From an uncultured Haloferula sp. (lineage in GTDB: Bacteria > Verrucomicrobiota > Verrucomicrobiia > Verrucomicrobiales > Akkermansiaceae), in assembly GCA_965652295.1 (NCBI GenBank), contig CBFGTS010000005.1:128001-192000 (forward strand): a stretch of 64,000 nt of DNA, read 5' to 3'. Positions 29,927-37,952 of the stretch are shown here, in pieces; position 1 is the stretch's first letter, and each line of letters begins with the position of its first letter. The translations under genes were made by a program, and so were the position numbers. The notes below the pieces were generated by a model. That model saw only the letters and a list, made by a program, of their open reading frames with translations, did not search any database and was not told the DNA's origin.

Positions 29927-32900
29927 TCAGGGCAGGGGCAGGCCGCCGCTGAGCTTCCATTTCAAAATGGGAATCATGTAGGCACCGAGCCCATCCGCGG
30001 AGGGGTGGACCCCATCAGGCACGGCGGCTTCAAAGACGGACGGCTGATCCTGTTGGAGCGCGGACCAGGTCGAATGATGGTCGATGAGGCGCAATCCCCG
30101 ATCGACCGCCACCTCGCGATACATCTGATAGAAGTCGTCGAGATCCGGTCGCAGGGTTGCCGAGGCATTGCTGCCGGAAGGCGAGTTCCAGACCGGGTTC
30201 ATCGTTTGCAGGACGATCTCGCACCGGGGGTTCTGGTTTAAAACCGCTTCAATGATCGCCTCAAGATTCACGCGGGCTCCGGCCACGTCCAACGACGGGG
30301 TGCCATCGCTGTAGCGGAAGGCGTCGTTCATCGCGAATTCGATAAAGACCACATCGGGCTGGTGATCGAGGACCCTGGCTTGGAGCTGGGCGAGCCCCTC
30401 GGCAGAGTTCTTGCCGCTCAGACCGCTATTAATGAGGGTCACTTGGCCTGGGTAAGTCTCGTTCAGCCAATCACGCAGCGCTCTGACCCAGGCTCCGCCA
30501 GCGGTCAGGCTGGTGCCGTAAACCACGACTTTGAGGGGATCTCCGACATCCAGCTTGGCGAGGAATTCAGCCGGCTCTCCCGTCAGCAGGGCACGGAAAA
30601 ACCGGCGGTCCCCCGAGCGCGCCATCATCCGGTCAAAGCTCTCGATCGGGCCTGCGCCGTCGCTCAGCATGAAGTGCAGGGAGAGCCCTCCGGCGGACGT
30701 CTCGATCCACGGAGGAGTCAGCGTCACATCCTGTATTTCAGAAGCGCTATAAAGATCGAAGTATCCGGGATGCTGCCGGACTCCTTCAATTAGGGAGACA
30801 TCGGAAAGGTCCGGATCGAGACCGAGAATCATCTCTCGGATGTCGCTCATGCCGTCGCCATCGGAATCGTCATTCTCACCGACCGGCGTATATCCCGCGG
30901 CATCCGCGACCACATAGCCATTGGCTCCGGTGTTGCTCACCCGCACGCCTTCACCCGGATCCCCGGAAAATGGGACGATGCCAATCAACCTCCACTTGCC
31001 GCCATCAACCCGCTGGCTGACCGAGCGGGTGGTGGTTTCCCCGCCATGCACGATCTCCACCCTCACGTTCGAGGCGCGGTTCTCGTGCGAGGTCCAGCGC
31101 AGATACACGCGGTGGAAGCCTGCGGCGGAGGTCGGCAAGGGGAAGAGCACGCTTTTGGTGCCGGAGCCCTCGTTGTTGTCGTGGAGATAACCCGTTCCCA
31201 CATAGCCCGGGGAGCTGTCGTTTTCCAGCCAGTCGCCGGAGACCGAGACTTCGGGATCCGAGTCATCGACGATTTCCGCCGGAGGCTGGACGGCCGGATC
31301 TCCGAGCGCCTGCCCGGCAGAGAGGAGCGCCGGGCGCAGTTTCGAGTAAGGGACATCCTGCACGGGGACGCCGTCATCGAGCGCGAGGTCCGCAGCGATC
31401 GCCGCCGACTGGGCGAGGGCCATGAAGACCGGCTCCATGCGGATGGAACCGAAGGCGATGTGGGAGGCGGACAGGCTCCACGGCACCAGAAGGTTCGTGC
31501 ATTCCTCGCGCTTCGGAACGATGGCACGGTAGGCGATCGCATAGGGGGCACTCAGCGGAGCTTGAATATCTCCTTCGTTGCGAACCTGGCCTCCGACGAT
31601 CTGGCGGCGGACGTTGTGGGAATCCATGGCATAGGCACCGAGGGCGATGGCATCGGACGCGACCTTGGTTCCGAGGCAGAATTCCTCGGTCATCACGAAA
31701 TCCGAAACCATCCGCCGGGCTTCACGCACGTAGATCTGCCACGGCCAGTTGTTGTTATCCGTGAATTCATCCGCCGGCAGTCCCCACGCACTGTAGCTGT
31801 TGCGTATGGAAGCCGGCACCCGCGCGTGGTTTTGCAGGGTCCAGATCAGGCCGCGCTGCCAGTTCTCGTGCTCTTTCGCCAGAGCGTCCCGCTCGTCGTG
31901 GTCGAGGGTCGCCCAGTTCCAGCCCGGCCCGTAGTTCTTGCCAATGAAGTCGGTGGAGATTCCTCCCGAGTTGTTCGAGTCGGTCTTGCGGTTCGGCATC
32001 AGCGACAACTTGAAAAAGCCGGACGTCTGCCCGGCCTCGATGGCCCGGAAGAGAAGTTCATAGTCCTCCTCGTCATATCCCTGAGGCTGGGCGACCGTTA
32101 CACGGTTGGCCGCCACATCCGTCAGGACCATCCGGAAACAATAGGCTTGCAGCCGGGTATCCGAGTCACCGTCGGTGCCGGCAACATCATCGCTCACTCC
32201 ATGGATCAGGCCGCTGGTCGGATCGCCCGGCGTGACGTAGGGGTCGATCCCTGAAGGAAGCTGGTTCTTCGTGGCACGAGCGGTCTGGATCCCGTTGTAG
32301 TTCTCCCCGTAGGTCGCATTCGATTCCCGGCCGACGGTGAAGCTCACGGAGGCACCCGGCAGGAGATCGCCTTCATAGGTCGCGTCGACGAACATGGATC
32401 CGGGAAACACCCGGCCATCCTCAAGACGCAGCGCGGTGATCGCGTCGCCGCTTTTCAACACCCCCCCTTCGAGGTCGAGGCGACCCTGCACCACCGTCAC
32501 CGCCGCATCAGCGATGAAATCATTGAAGATCGCCTCCGCCACCTTCGGTTCGAACACCGAGGCGATGCCCAAAGTCGAGTTGAAGGCAGGGCCGTTCTGG
32601 CCCGCCATCCCGAGGTTCTTACTCTGCCAGTTCCAGGCCGAATCCGCCTGATAGTGATCATAAATCGCTTCGAAGAACTCGCGGCTGAGACCGCCGAGAA
32701 TTTCTTCGTCTCCGAGGTCCGTCCAGCCCAGCCCGCTGGACGTCAGACCACCGAGATGCCCGGTCGGGGAAATAAGAACCACCGAACGGCCCGAGCGTGC
32801 TGCCTGGACCGCCGCGGTGACGCCGCCGGAGGTGCCGCCGTAGACGATGATGTCACGAGCCGGTTCATCGGCCGAAGCGGATGTTGCAGTCAGAAGGGCA

Positions 32901-32959
32901 CCAAGGAACAGAGTTGGAAACGTGTGATTCACAACGGATGATTGAGGGAAAAAAGACAT
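29927..32959 (-). CDS. Secreted FAD-dependent oxidoreductase (FAD_oxidored family) fused to a golvesin/xanthan-lyase-type CBM-like domain and a C-terminal SGNH hydrolase
   Basis: DIIVYGGTSGGVTAAVQAA, DATYEGDL, YVREARRM, SIRMEP; IVDDSD...GYLHDNN; YGTSLT/NSGLSG/EFAMND/DGVHP. Confidence 0.88.
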   Translation of the reverse strand: MSFFPQSSVVNHTFPTLFLGALLTATSASADEPARDIIVYGGTSGGVTAAVQAARSGRSVVLISPTGHLGGLTSSGLGWTDLGDEEILGGLSREFFEAIYDHYQADSAWNWQSKNLGMAGQNGPAFNSTLGIASVFEPKVAEAIFNDFIADAAVTVVQGRLDLEGGVLKSGDAITALRLEDGRVFPGSMFVDATYEGDLLPGASVSFTVGRESNATYGENYNGIQTARATKNQLPSGIDPYVTPGDPTSGLIHGVSDDVAGTDGDSDTRLQAYCFRMVLTDVAANRVTVAQPQGYDEEDYELLFRAIEAGQTSGFFKLSLMPNRKTDSNNSGGISTDFIGKNYGPGWNWATLDHDERDALAKEHENWQRGLIWTLQNHARVPASIRNSYSAWGLPADEFTDNNNWPWQIYVREARRMVSDFVMTEEFCLGTKVASDAIALGAYAMDSHNVRRQIVGGQVRNEGDIQAPLSAPYAIAYRAIVPKREECTNLLVPWSLSASHIAFGSIRMEPVFMALAQSAAIAADLALDDGVPVQDVPYSKLRPALLSAGQALGDPAVQPPAEIVDDSDPEVSVSGDWLENDSSPGYVGTGYLHDNNEGSGTKSVLFPLPTSAAGFHRVYLRWTSHENRASNVRVEIVHGGETTTRSVSQRVDGGKWRLIGIVPFSGDPGEGVRVSNTGANGYVVADAAGYTPVGENDDSDGDGMSDIREMILGLDPDLSDVSLIEGVRQHPGYFDLYSASEIQDVTLTPPWIETSAGGLSLHFMLSDGAGPIESFDRMMARSGDRRFFRALLTGEPAEFLAKLDVGDPLKVVVYGTSLTAGGAWVRALRDWLNETYPGQVTLINSGLSGKNSAEGLAQLQARVLDHQPDVVFIEFAMNDAFRYSDGTPSLDVAGARVNLEAIIEAVLNQNPRCEIVLQTMNPVWNSPSGSNASATLRPDLDDFYQMYREVAVDRGLRLIDHHSTWSALQQDQPSVFEAAVPDGVHPSADGLGAYMIPILKWKLSGGLPLP

Positions 32960-32961
32960 GG

Positions 32962-34008
32962 TCAGGGTGCCTCAGTGATCACTTGGAGGCGGATGAAGTT
33001 CTTCCCGGCAGGAAGAGCGAATGGGCGTTTCACCGTTTCGTATGGCATCCAGTTGGATAGATCCGGGCTCTGCTGGATTTCGAAGATCAGGTCGGCGGTC
33101 CCGTCGGAAGCCGGGGCAATAGCGCCATGGCCAGCCAATGCGTGGATGCCGTCGAGATCATGGAGGTCGAAGAATCCAGGGTTGTCCCGGATGGCCTGGA
33201 TCAGGTCGGTTTCCGGAACTCCGGGGTTCAGTCCGACCTCGAGTTCCTGTTCGTCGGTCAGCCCATCGCCATCGGAGTCGAGCGTTGAAAACGGGGTCAC
33301 ATCCGCGAACGTGTTCCCGATCCTCAATTCGTCGATCTGCAGCGATGCCCCGTTCTGCCCGGCCACACGCAGCCGGTCGAATTGAAGATCGGGTGCCTCG
33401 ATCGTGGCATTGGCCTCACCCGTTGGCCCCGTGAGTGGCGGATCCACGAACAGCTCGACGCGGTCGACTCCATCTGTGGCATCGACGGTGAGATGAAGCA
33501 CGATCAGGTGAGTTTGGCCGAATGTTCCCACTCCGGCCGGTTGGGCGGACGCCAGCGCGAAATTGTTGAGGGTAATGGTCGCGGTGGAGGTGGTGCTGGC
33601 ATTGCTGACGGCAAAAACCGACGTCTCCCCCTGATAGAAATTGACTCCCTCAAACAGCGAGTTCGCTGCCGGCAGTCGGTAGAGAAACGAGATCCAGGCG
33701 TCATCGAACGGAGCCCCCGAAACCACCCGGAAACTGCGGGTGGTGGTAGCTCCCGCCGTGTCCAGCGTTCGCCCCGATACCATCAGCGAGCGATGCCCCG
33801 CATCGGTGTATCCCAGAAAATCCGGCGAGACGCGGCAAGACCCGCCATCCTGCGTCCAGGCTGCCGCCCACCCGGCTCCGCCAGCCTGCCCCGTCACGGC
33901 TCCCTCAACATAGTCGAAAGGTTCGTGAACGAGCAGCGCCGCGTCGCACGGGAGGGTGCAAAGCAACCCCGCAAGGACGCGGGGTGCCGCGATTGATGGG
34001 ATCATCAT
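32962..34008 (-). CDS. Secreted hypothetical protein (beta-sandwich plus TSP3-like repeat plus C-terminal KNFIR domain)
   Basis: LLVHEPFDY...GGAGWAAAW...IDELRIGNTFADV; DSDGDGLTDEQE; ends AGKNFIRLQVITEAP. Confidence 0.8.
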   Translation of the reverse strand: MMIPSIAAPRVLAGLLCTLPCDAALLVHEPFDYVEGAVTGQAGGAGWAAAWTQDGGSCRVSPDFLGYTDAGHRSLMVSGRTLDTAGATTTRSFRVVSGAPFDDAWISFLYRLPAANSLFEGVNFYQGETSVFAVSNASTTSTATITLNNFALASAQPAGVGTFGQTHLIVLHLTVDATDGVDRVELFVDPPLTGPTGEANATIEAPDLQFDRLRVAGQNGASLQIDELRIGNTFADVTPFSTLDSDGDGLTDEQELEVGLNPGVPETDLIQAIRDNPGFFDLHDLDGIHALAGHGAIAPASDGTADLIFEIQQSPDLSNWMPYETVKRPFALPAGKNFIRLQVITEAP

Positions 34009-34030
34009 ACGCTGGTGAAAGGCCAGAACC

Positions 34031-34903
34031 TCAACGGCGGCGGCGGAAGAGCAACGTGCCTGCAAGCAGTGAAAGCAGCGAGGTGGAGGGCTCGGGCACC
34101 TGAACAATCTGGACCATGTTCATGAAGCCTCGAAGCTCGGTTCCATCCGGATTGCCATCCGACGCGAGGAACAACGACTCTCCATCAGCCAATGTCACAT
34201 GGATCGAGACATAATTTTCACCTGCGATAAAGGCGTCGTAGCCGGCTGGGTTGCTGTTAGGCACCGCTGAGTTCGCCGCCGTGGCGGCCGTCAGCGCCGA
34301 GTAGTCAAAGGTTCCAGCCAGGGAACCCGCGGCGGCAAAGAAGTCCGTCGCCCGTGTCGCACTGGAGTTCGTGTTCCGCCCCAGCATGAAGATCGCGTAC
34401 TCCCCGGCTGCCAGTCCGTCGATCCGCAGGCCCAGGCCGTCATTGGAGCCGCCGGCATTCCCCAACCATCCAGCCCGGGCGGGGGCGGTGTTCGAGGAAG
34501 TCGTCCCATTCCCGTAGATGGAGTTCGGGCTGGACATCAGGCTGATGTTCCCCGGTGTGGCGCTATCGGTGCCATCAACCGCAGTGACATTGATCGTCGC
34601 GGCGGTGGAATAGTCGATGGTGTTGGCAAGCGAGGCACTCTCCGAGCCGATCACCAGGGTCACGCCCGTGGCGGTGCTGCCGTCACTGTAGAGCAGGGAG
34701 GAAGGGGCGGCGGTGCTGTCGAGGTTGTTCCAGGTCGACTCGCCGCTTGGAATCGCACCGGTAGCGTGCCCGGGGCTGAGCGTGAGGTTCTCGGCACCAG
34801 AAACCGCGCCGGTACCATCCGTGTGGAAGTTGATCATCAAATTCGCGGCGGGGGCGCTTGCGGCTCCGGCCAGCAAGAGGAGGGCGATCGATTTGCTTTT
34901 CAT
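34031..34903 (-). CDS. PEP-CTERM sorting-domain protein
   Basis: Signal peptide; ends VPEPSTSLLSLLAGTLLFRRRR. Confidence 0.92.
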   Translation of the reverse strand: MKSKSIALLLLAGAASAPAANLMINFHTDGTGAVSGAENLTLSPGHATGAIPSGESTWNNLDSTAAPSSLLYSDGSTATGVTLVIGSESASLANTIDYSTAATINVTAVDGTDSATPGNISLMSSPNSIYGNGTTSSNTAPARAGWLGNAGGSNDGLGLRIDGLAAGEYAIFMLGRNTNSSATRATDFFAAAGSLAGTFDYSALTAATAANSAVPNSNPAGYDAFIAGENYVSIHVTLADGESLFLASDGNPDGTELRGFMNMVQIVQVPEPSTSLLSLLAGTLLFRRRR

Positions 34904-34942
34904 TGGGTTCAGGGGATTCAGGTTTTGTCAATGACACGCCCT

Positions 34943-35019
34943 ATGCCCCACCCGGCGCAAAAGTTAGCAACTTGACCCTAAAATCGCTCCGTTGCTAAGT
35001 TTTCACCCTTTGCCGGCAT
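34943..35019. promoter_or_regulatory. Back-to-back divergent ECF-type promoters GTTGCTAA-N16-GGCAT
   Basis: + strand 34991-35019: gttgctaa gttttcaccctttgcc ggcat. Minus strand 34971-34943: gttgctaa cttttgcgccgggtgg ggcat. Confidence 0.72.
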
Positions 35020-35044
35020 TTATCCGCGAGAACTTCCATCGACG

Positions 35045-35617
35045 ATGAGCGAACCCTCAGAAGAACGGCCCTGCGAGCACGAGCATCACGTTGCTTCCGT
35101 CCAAGGGCTTTTCCTGAAGTTCCAGCCGATGATCCGGTCCTACATCCTGTCCATCGTCCCTGATTTCACTCTGGCCGAGGATATCCTCCAGGAGACTTTC
35201 CTGGTCGTTTCCCGCAAGTCCGAGAGCTTCGTGCTCGGCACCAGTTTCCCCGCCTGGGTCAAGACCATTGCCCGCTTCAAGGCGCTCGAAACGCTTCGTC
35301 GCGAGCGGGGGAGGCATGTGCTGCTTTCCGAGCAGGTCCTCGAGGCGCTCGACAGCGATCCTCATCCCTATGCCGTTCCGGTTGAGATCGACCGACGGAT
35401 CGAATCCCTCCGCGCCTGCATCGAGCAACTCGCGCCCCAGGCCCGGCGATCCATCGAATACCGCTACCGTGGCGACCACCGGCCTCCGCAGATCGCCCGG
35501 CTTATGGGTTGCTCGGTCAAGTCCATCAACGTCACCCTGTCGCGTGCCCGCGCATTCCTCCGCGAGTGCGTCACCCAGCGGATGGGCATCGAGTCATCCT
35601 CAACATCCTTGCCATGA
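35045..35617 (+). CDS. ECF sigma-70 factor (TIGR02989-like, FecI-type context)
   Basis: AEDILQETFL, FPAWVKTIARF, LRACIEQL...LSRARAFLRECV. Confidence 0.92.
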   Translation: MSEPSEERPCEHEHHVASVQGLFLKFQPMIRSYILSIVPDFTLAEDILQETFLVVSRKSESFVLGTSFPAWVKTIARFKALETLRRERGRHVLLSEQVLEALDSDPHPYAVPVEIDRRIESLRACIEQLAPQARRSIEYRYRGDHRPPQIARLMGCSVKSINVTLSRARAFLRECVTQRMGIESSSTSLP

Positions 35618-37200
35618 TCGACGAAGCAAGACTCGACGTGCTGTTGAACGCCTACTTTGACCAACGGCTTGAGGAAGCCGAGCGGTCCGAGCTGGAGGCG
35701 ATGCTCCTCCAATCGTCGCGGGCACGCGAAAAATTCCGTGCCCATGGAGAACAACACGGGCTCTTGCGCGAGTGGGCGTTGCGCGAAAACGGAGCAACCG
35801 CCTGGGAAACCTCCGCTCGGGAATCCAAGGGCATCATCCGCATCGCGTGGATTGCTGCTGCTCTGGCGGCTTGTGTCACCGTCGGCTTCTGGCTCTTCCG
35901 AAGTCCGGCTGGGAGTGACCACGCAACCGGTTCCATCGCGCGCCAGGAGGCGGATGCGGTGGGCTCGCCCGCCAACGAGGTCGCCCTTCTCGCCGATCAG
36001 GTCAACGTGGAGTGGCCTTCGGGCATCACGGGTTTCGAGTCTGGATCCGCTCTTCCGAAAGGTCCCTTTGTCCTGGAAAAGGGCTTGGTTCGCCTCGACT
36101 TCTACAGCGGCGCGAAGGTCTATCTCGAAGGACCCGCTTCGCTCGATCTGATTTCGCCCGAGCTCGCGCGACTCAACTTTGGCAAGCTCACCGCCCAGGT
36201 TCCTGCTCCGGCGCACGGCTTCACGGTCCTGAGCAACTCGATGCGTGTGGTCGACCGGGGAACCGAGTTCGGCATGAGCGCCGGCACCGACGACCATGTC
36301 CAGGTCCATGTGTTCGATGGCGAGGTGGAGCTCTTTCCGATGGATGACGCCTCGCAGATCCGCTCCATTTACGGCGGCGGAGCGGTGGCCTTCCACGATG
36401 GATCATCGACCGACCTTCCCGCCGACCGGAGCGCCTTCGCCAACCCTCTGGTGCTCCTCGAAGCCGCGAAACGAGATCGCGAACAAGAGTGGCGTGACTG
36501 GCAGGCTTATTCCAAGCGTCTCAGCCGTTCCCGGGACCTTCTCATCTACTACGATTTTCTAGAGATCAGGAATGGCGTGGTCACCAATCGCAGCGCCCAG
36601 GCCCCTGAGGAGAGCGATGGAATCCTGATCGGATGCGAACCCGTGCCGGGACGCTGGAAGCAGAAAACCGCCCTTGGATTCGCCCGCACCAGCGACCGGC
36701 TCCGTTTCCGCATCGAGGGGTCCGCTCCATCCGTCACCATGCAGGCGACCGTCCGGGTTGACAGCCTCCCTCACGATCACAACGCCCTTCTTTCGATGTC
36801 CCCGGGAGAGATTGGTGAAGTCCATTGGAAACTCGATCGGGAAGGGAGGATGCTCCTCGGACTTCGCGCAGTACGGGATCTCGACTTCGGTTCCTGGGAA
36901 CGCTTGATCAGCCCCCCTGTCGTCGGGGAAAACGACCTAGGCCACTGGCTGACACTGACCACCGTCATCGACGGCGAGGCGCGGGAGATGCGCCACTATG
37001 TCAATGGCAAGGAAGTCGCCTTCGCCCCCATCAACCGGGCGACTCCTGTCCGCCTGGGGAAAGCGAATCTGGGAAACTTTGACAGCCCGGAAGACGCGCA
37101 TGTCGACACCACCGTGACACGAAATTTCAATGGTCGTTTTGCGGAGTTCGCCCTCTTCACCCGGGCTCTTTCGCCCGAGGAATTGCAGGCATACCCCTGA
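35614..37200 (+). CDS. FecR-family anti-sigma factor with C-terminal LamG-like domain
   Basis: ATGA overlap with the sigma stop; TM (WIAAALAACVTVGFW); LEGPA, VVDRGTEFG, VHVFDGEV; GRWKQKTALGF...FTRALS. Confidence 0.88.
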   Translation: MIDEARLDVLLNAYFDQRLEEAERSELEAMLLQSSRAREKFRAHGEQHGLLREWALRENGATAWETSARESKGIIRIAWIAAALAACVTVGFWLFRSPAGSDHATGSIARQEADAVGSPANEVALLADQVNVEWPSGITGFESGSALPKGPFVLEKGLVRLDFYSGAKVYLEGPASLDLISPELARLNFGKLTAQVPAPAHGFTVLSNSMRVVDRGTEFGMSAGTDDHVQVHVFDGEVELFPMDDASQIRSIYGGGAVAFHDGSSTDLPADRSAFANPLVLLEAAKRDREQEWRDWQAYSKRLSRSRDLLIYYDFLEIRNGVVTNRSAQAPEESDGILIGCEPVPGRWKQKTALGFARTSDRLRFRIEGSAPSVTMQATVRVDSLPHDHNALLSMSPGEIGEVHWKLDREGRMLLGLRAVRDLDFGSWERLISPPVVGENDLGHWLTLTTVIDGEAREMRHYVNGKEVAFAPINRATPVRLGKANLGNFDSPEDAHVDTTVTRNFNGRFAEFALFTRALSPEELQAYP

Positions 37201-37304
37201 TCCATTGGAGAGGGGATCCACGCGAGTGAACGGCGATTCCTCCGCCTTTCCGAGGGCAGGGCTTTGAAAGCATGACCAGCTTGATCCGGTAAGCTTTTCG
37301 ACCG

Positions 37305-37841
37305 ATGGAAGAAGACGGTGAATTCTCTCACGATTCAGAGGCCGCTCTCCGCCGCCTCTACCCGGTTCTGCGGGCCATGGCGGGAGAACGGATGGTCTTC
37401 GAGCGTGCGGGACACACTTTGCAGCCGACCGCGCTGGCCCACGAGGCTTGGCTCCGCATGCGGTCAGGCAGAGATCCGAACTGGAAAAACTCATCGCATT
37501 TTTGTGCCGCTGCGGCGGAGACCATGCGGCGGATTTTGATCGACCGCGCACGCCGCAGGAAACGGCTGAAGCACGCCGGGACCATGGAGCGGGTATCCAT
37601 GAGCACCGCGGAGGAAGAGGAAACCGAGCATGACGACGAGCCGGTGCTTCTGGTCAATGCCGCACTGGAGAAGCTCAAGAAGGCGAACCCACTTCGAGCG
37701 AAAGTGGTCCTGCTGAAGTTTTTCGGAGGAATGACCAATCAGGAGGTCGCGGAAGAGCTCGGCGTGACCGAGCGCACCGTGGAGCGGTACTGGGCCTACT
37801 CGAAAACCTGGCTCTTCAGGGAGATTCAAGGTGAGCGCTGA
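37305..37841 (+). CDS. ECF sigma factor, TIGR02999/kinase-associated type
   Basis: HTLQPTALAHEAWLR, AAAETMRRILIDRAR, KFFGGMT...ERTVERYWAYSKTWL. Confidence 0.93.
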   Translation: MEEDGEFSHDSEAALRRLYPVLRAMAGERMVFERAGHTLQPTALAHEAWLRMRSGRDPNWKNSSHFCAAAAETMRRILIDRARRRKRLKHAGTMERVSMSTAEEEETEHDDEPVLLVNAALEKLKKANPLRAKVVLLKFFGGMTNQEVAEELGVTERTVERYWAYSKTWLFREIQGER

Positions 37842-37873
37842 ATCCATCGCCCACCCACTGTCACGATTTCCGC

Positions 37874-37899
37874 TGTCGGTTCCGGCGGCCGGTTGTCGC
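37874..37899 (+). promoter_or_regulatory. Putative ECF promoter TGTCGG-N17-CGC upstream of the kinase gene
   Basis: tgtcgg ttccggcggccggttgt cgc, about 54 nt before the ATG at 37953. Confidence 0.55.
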
Positions 37900-37952
37900 A
37901 TGCAGTCGGAGGAGGTGTCGGAAACGCCGCGCCATCCCGCAGCGAATCACTG

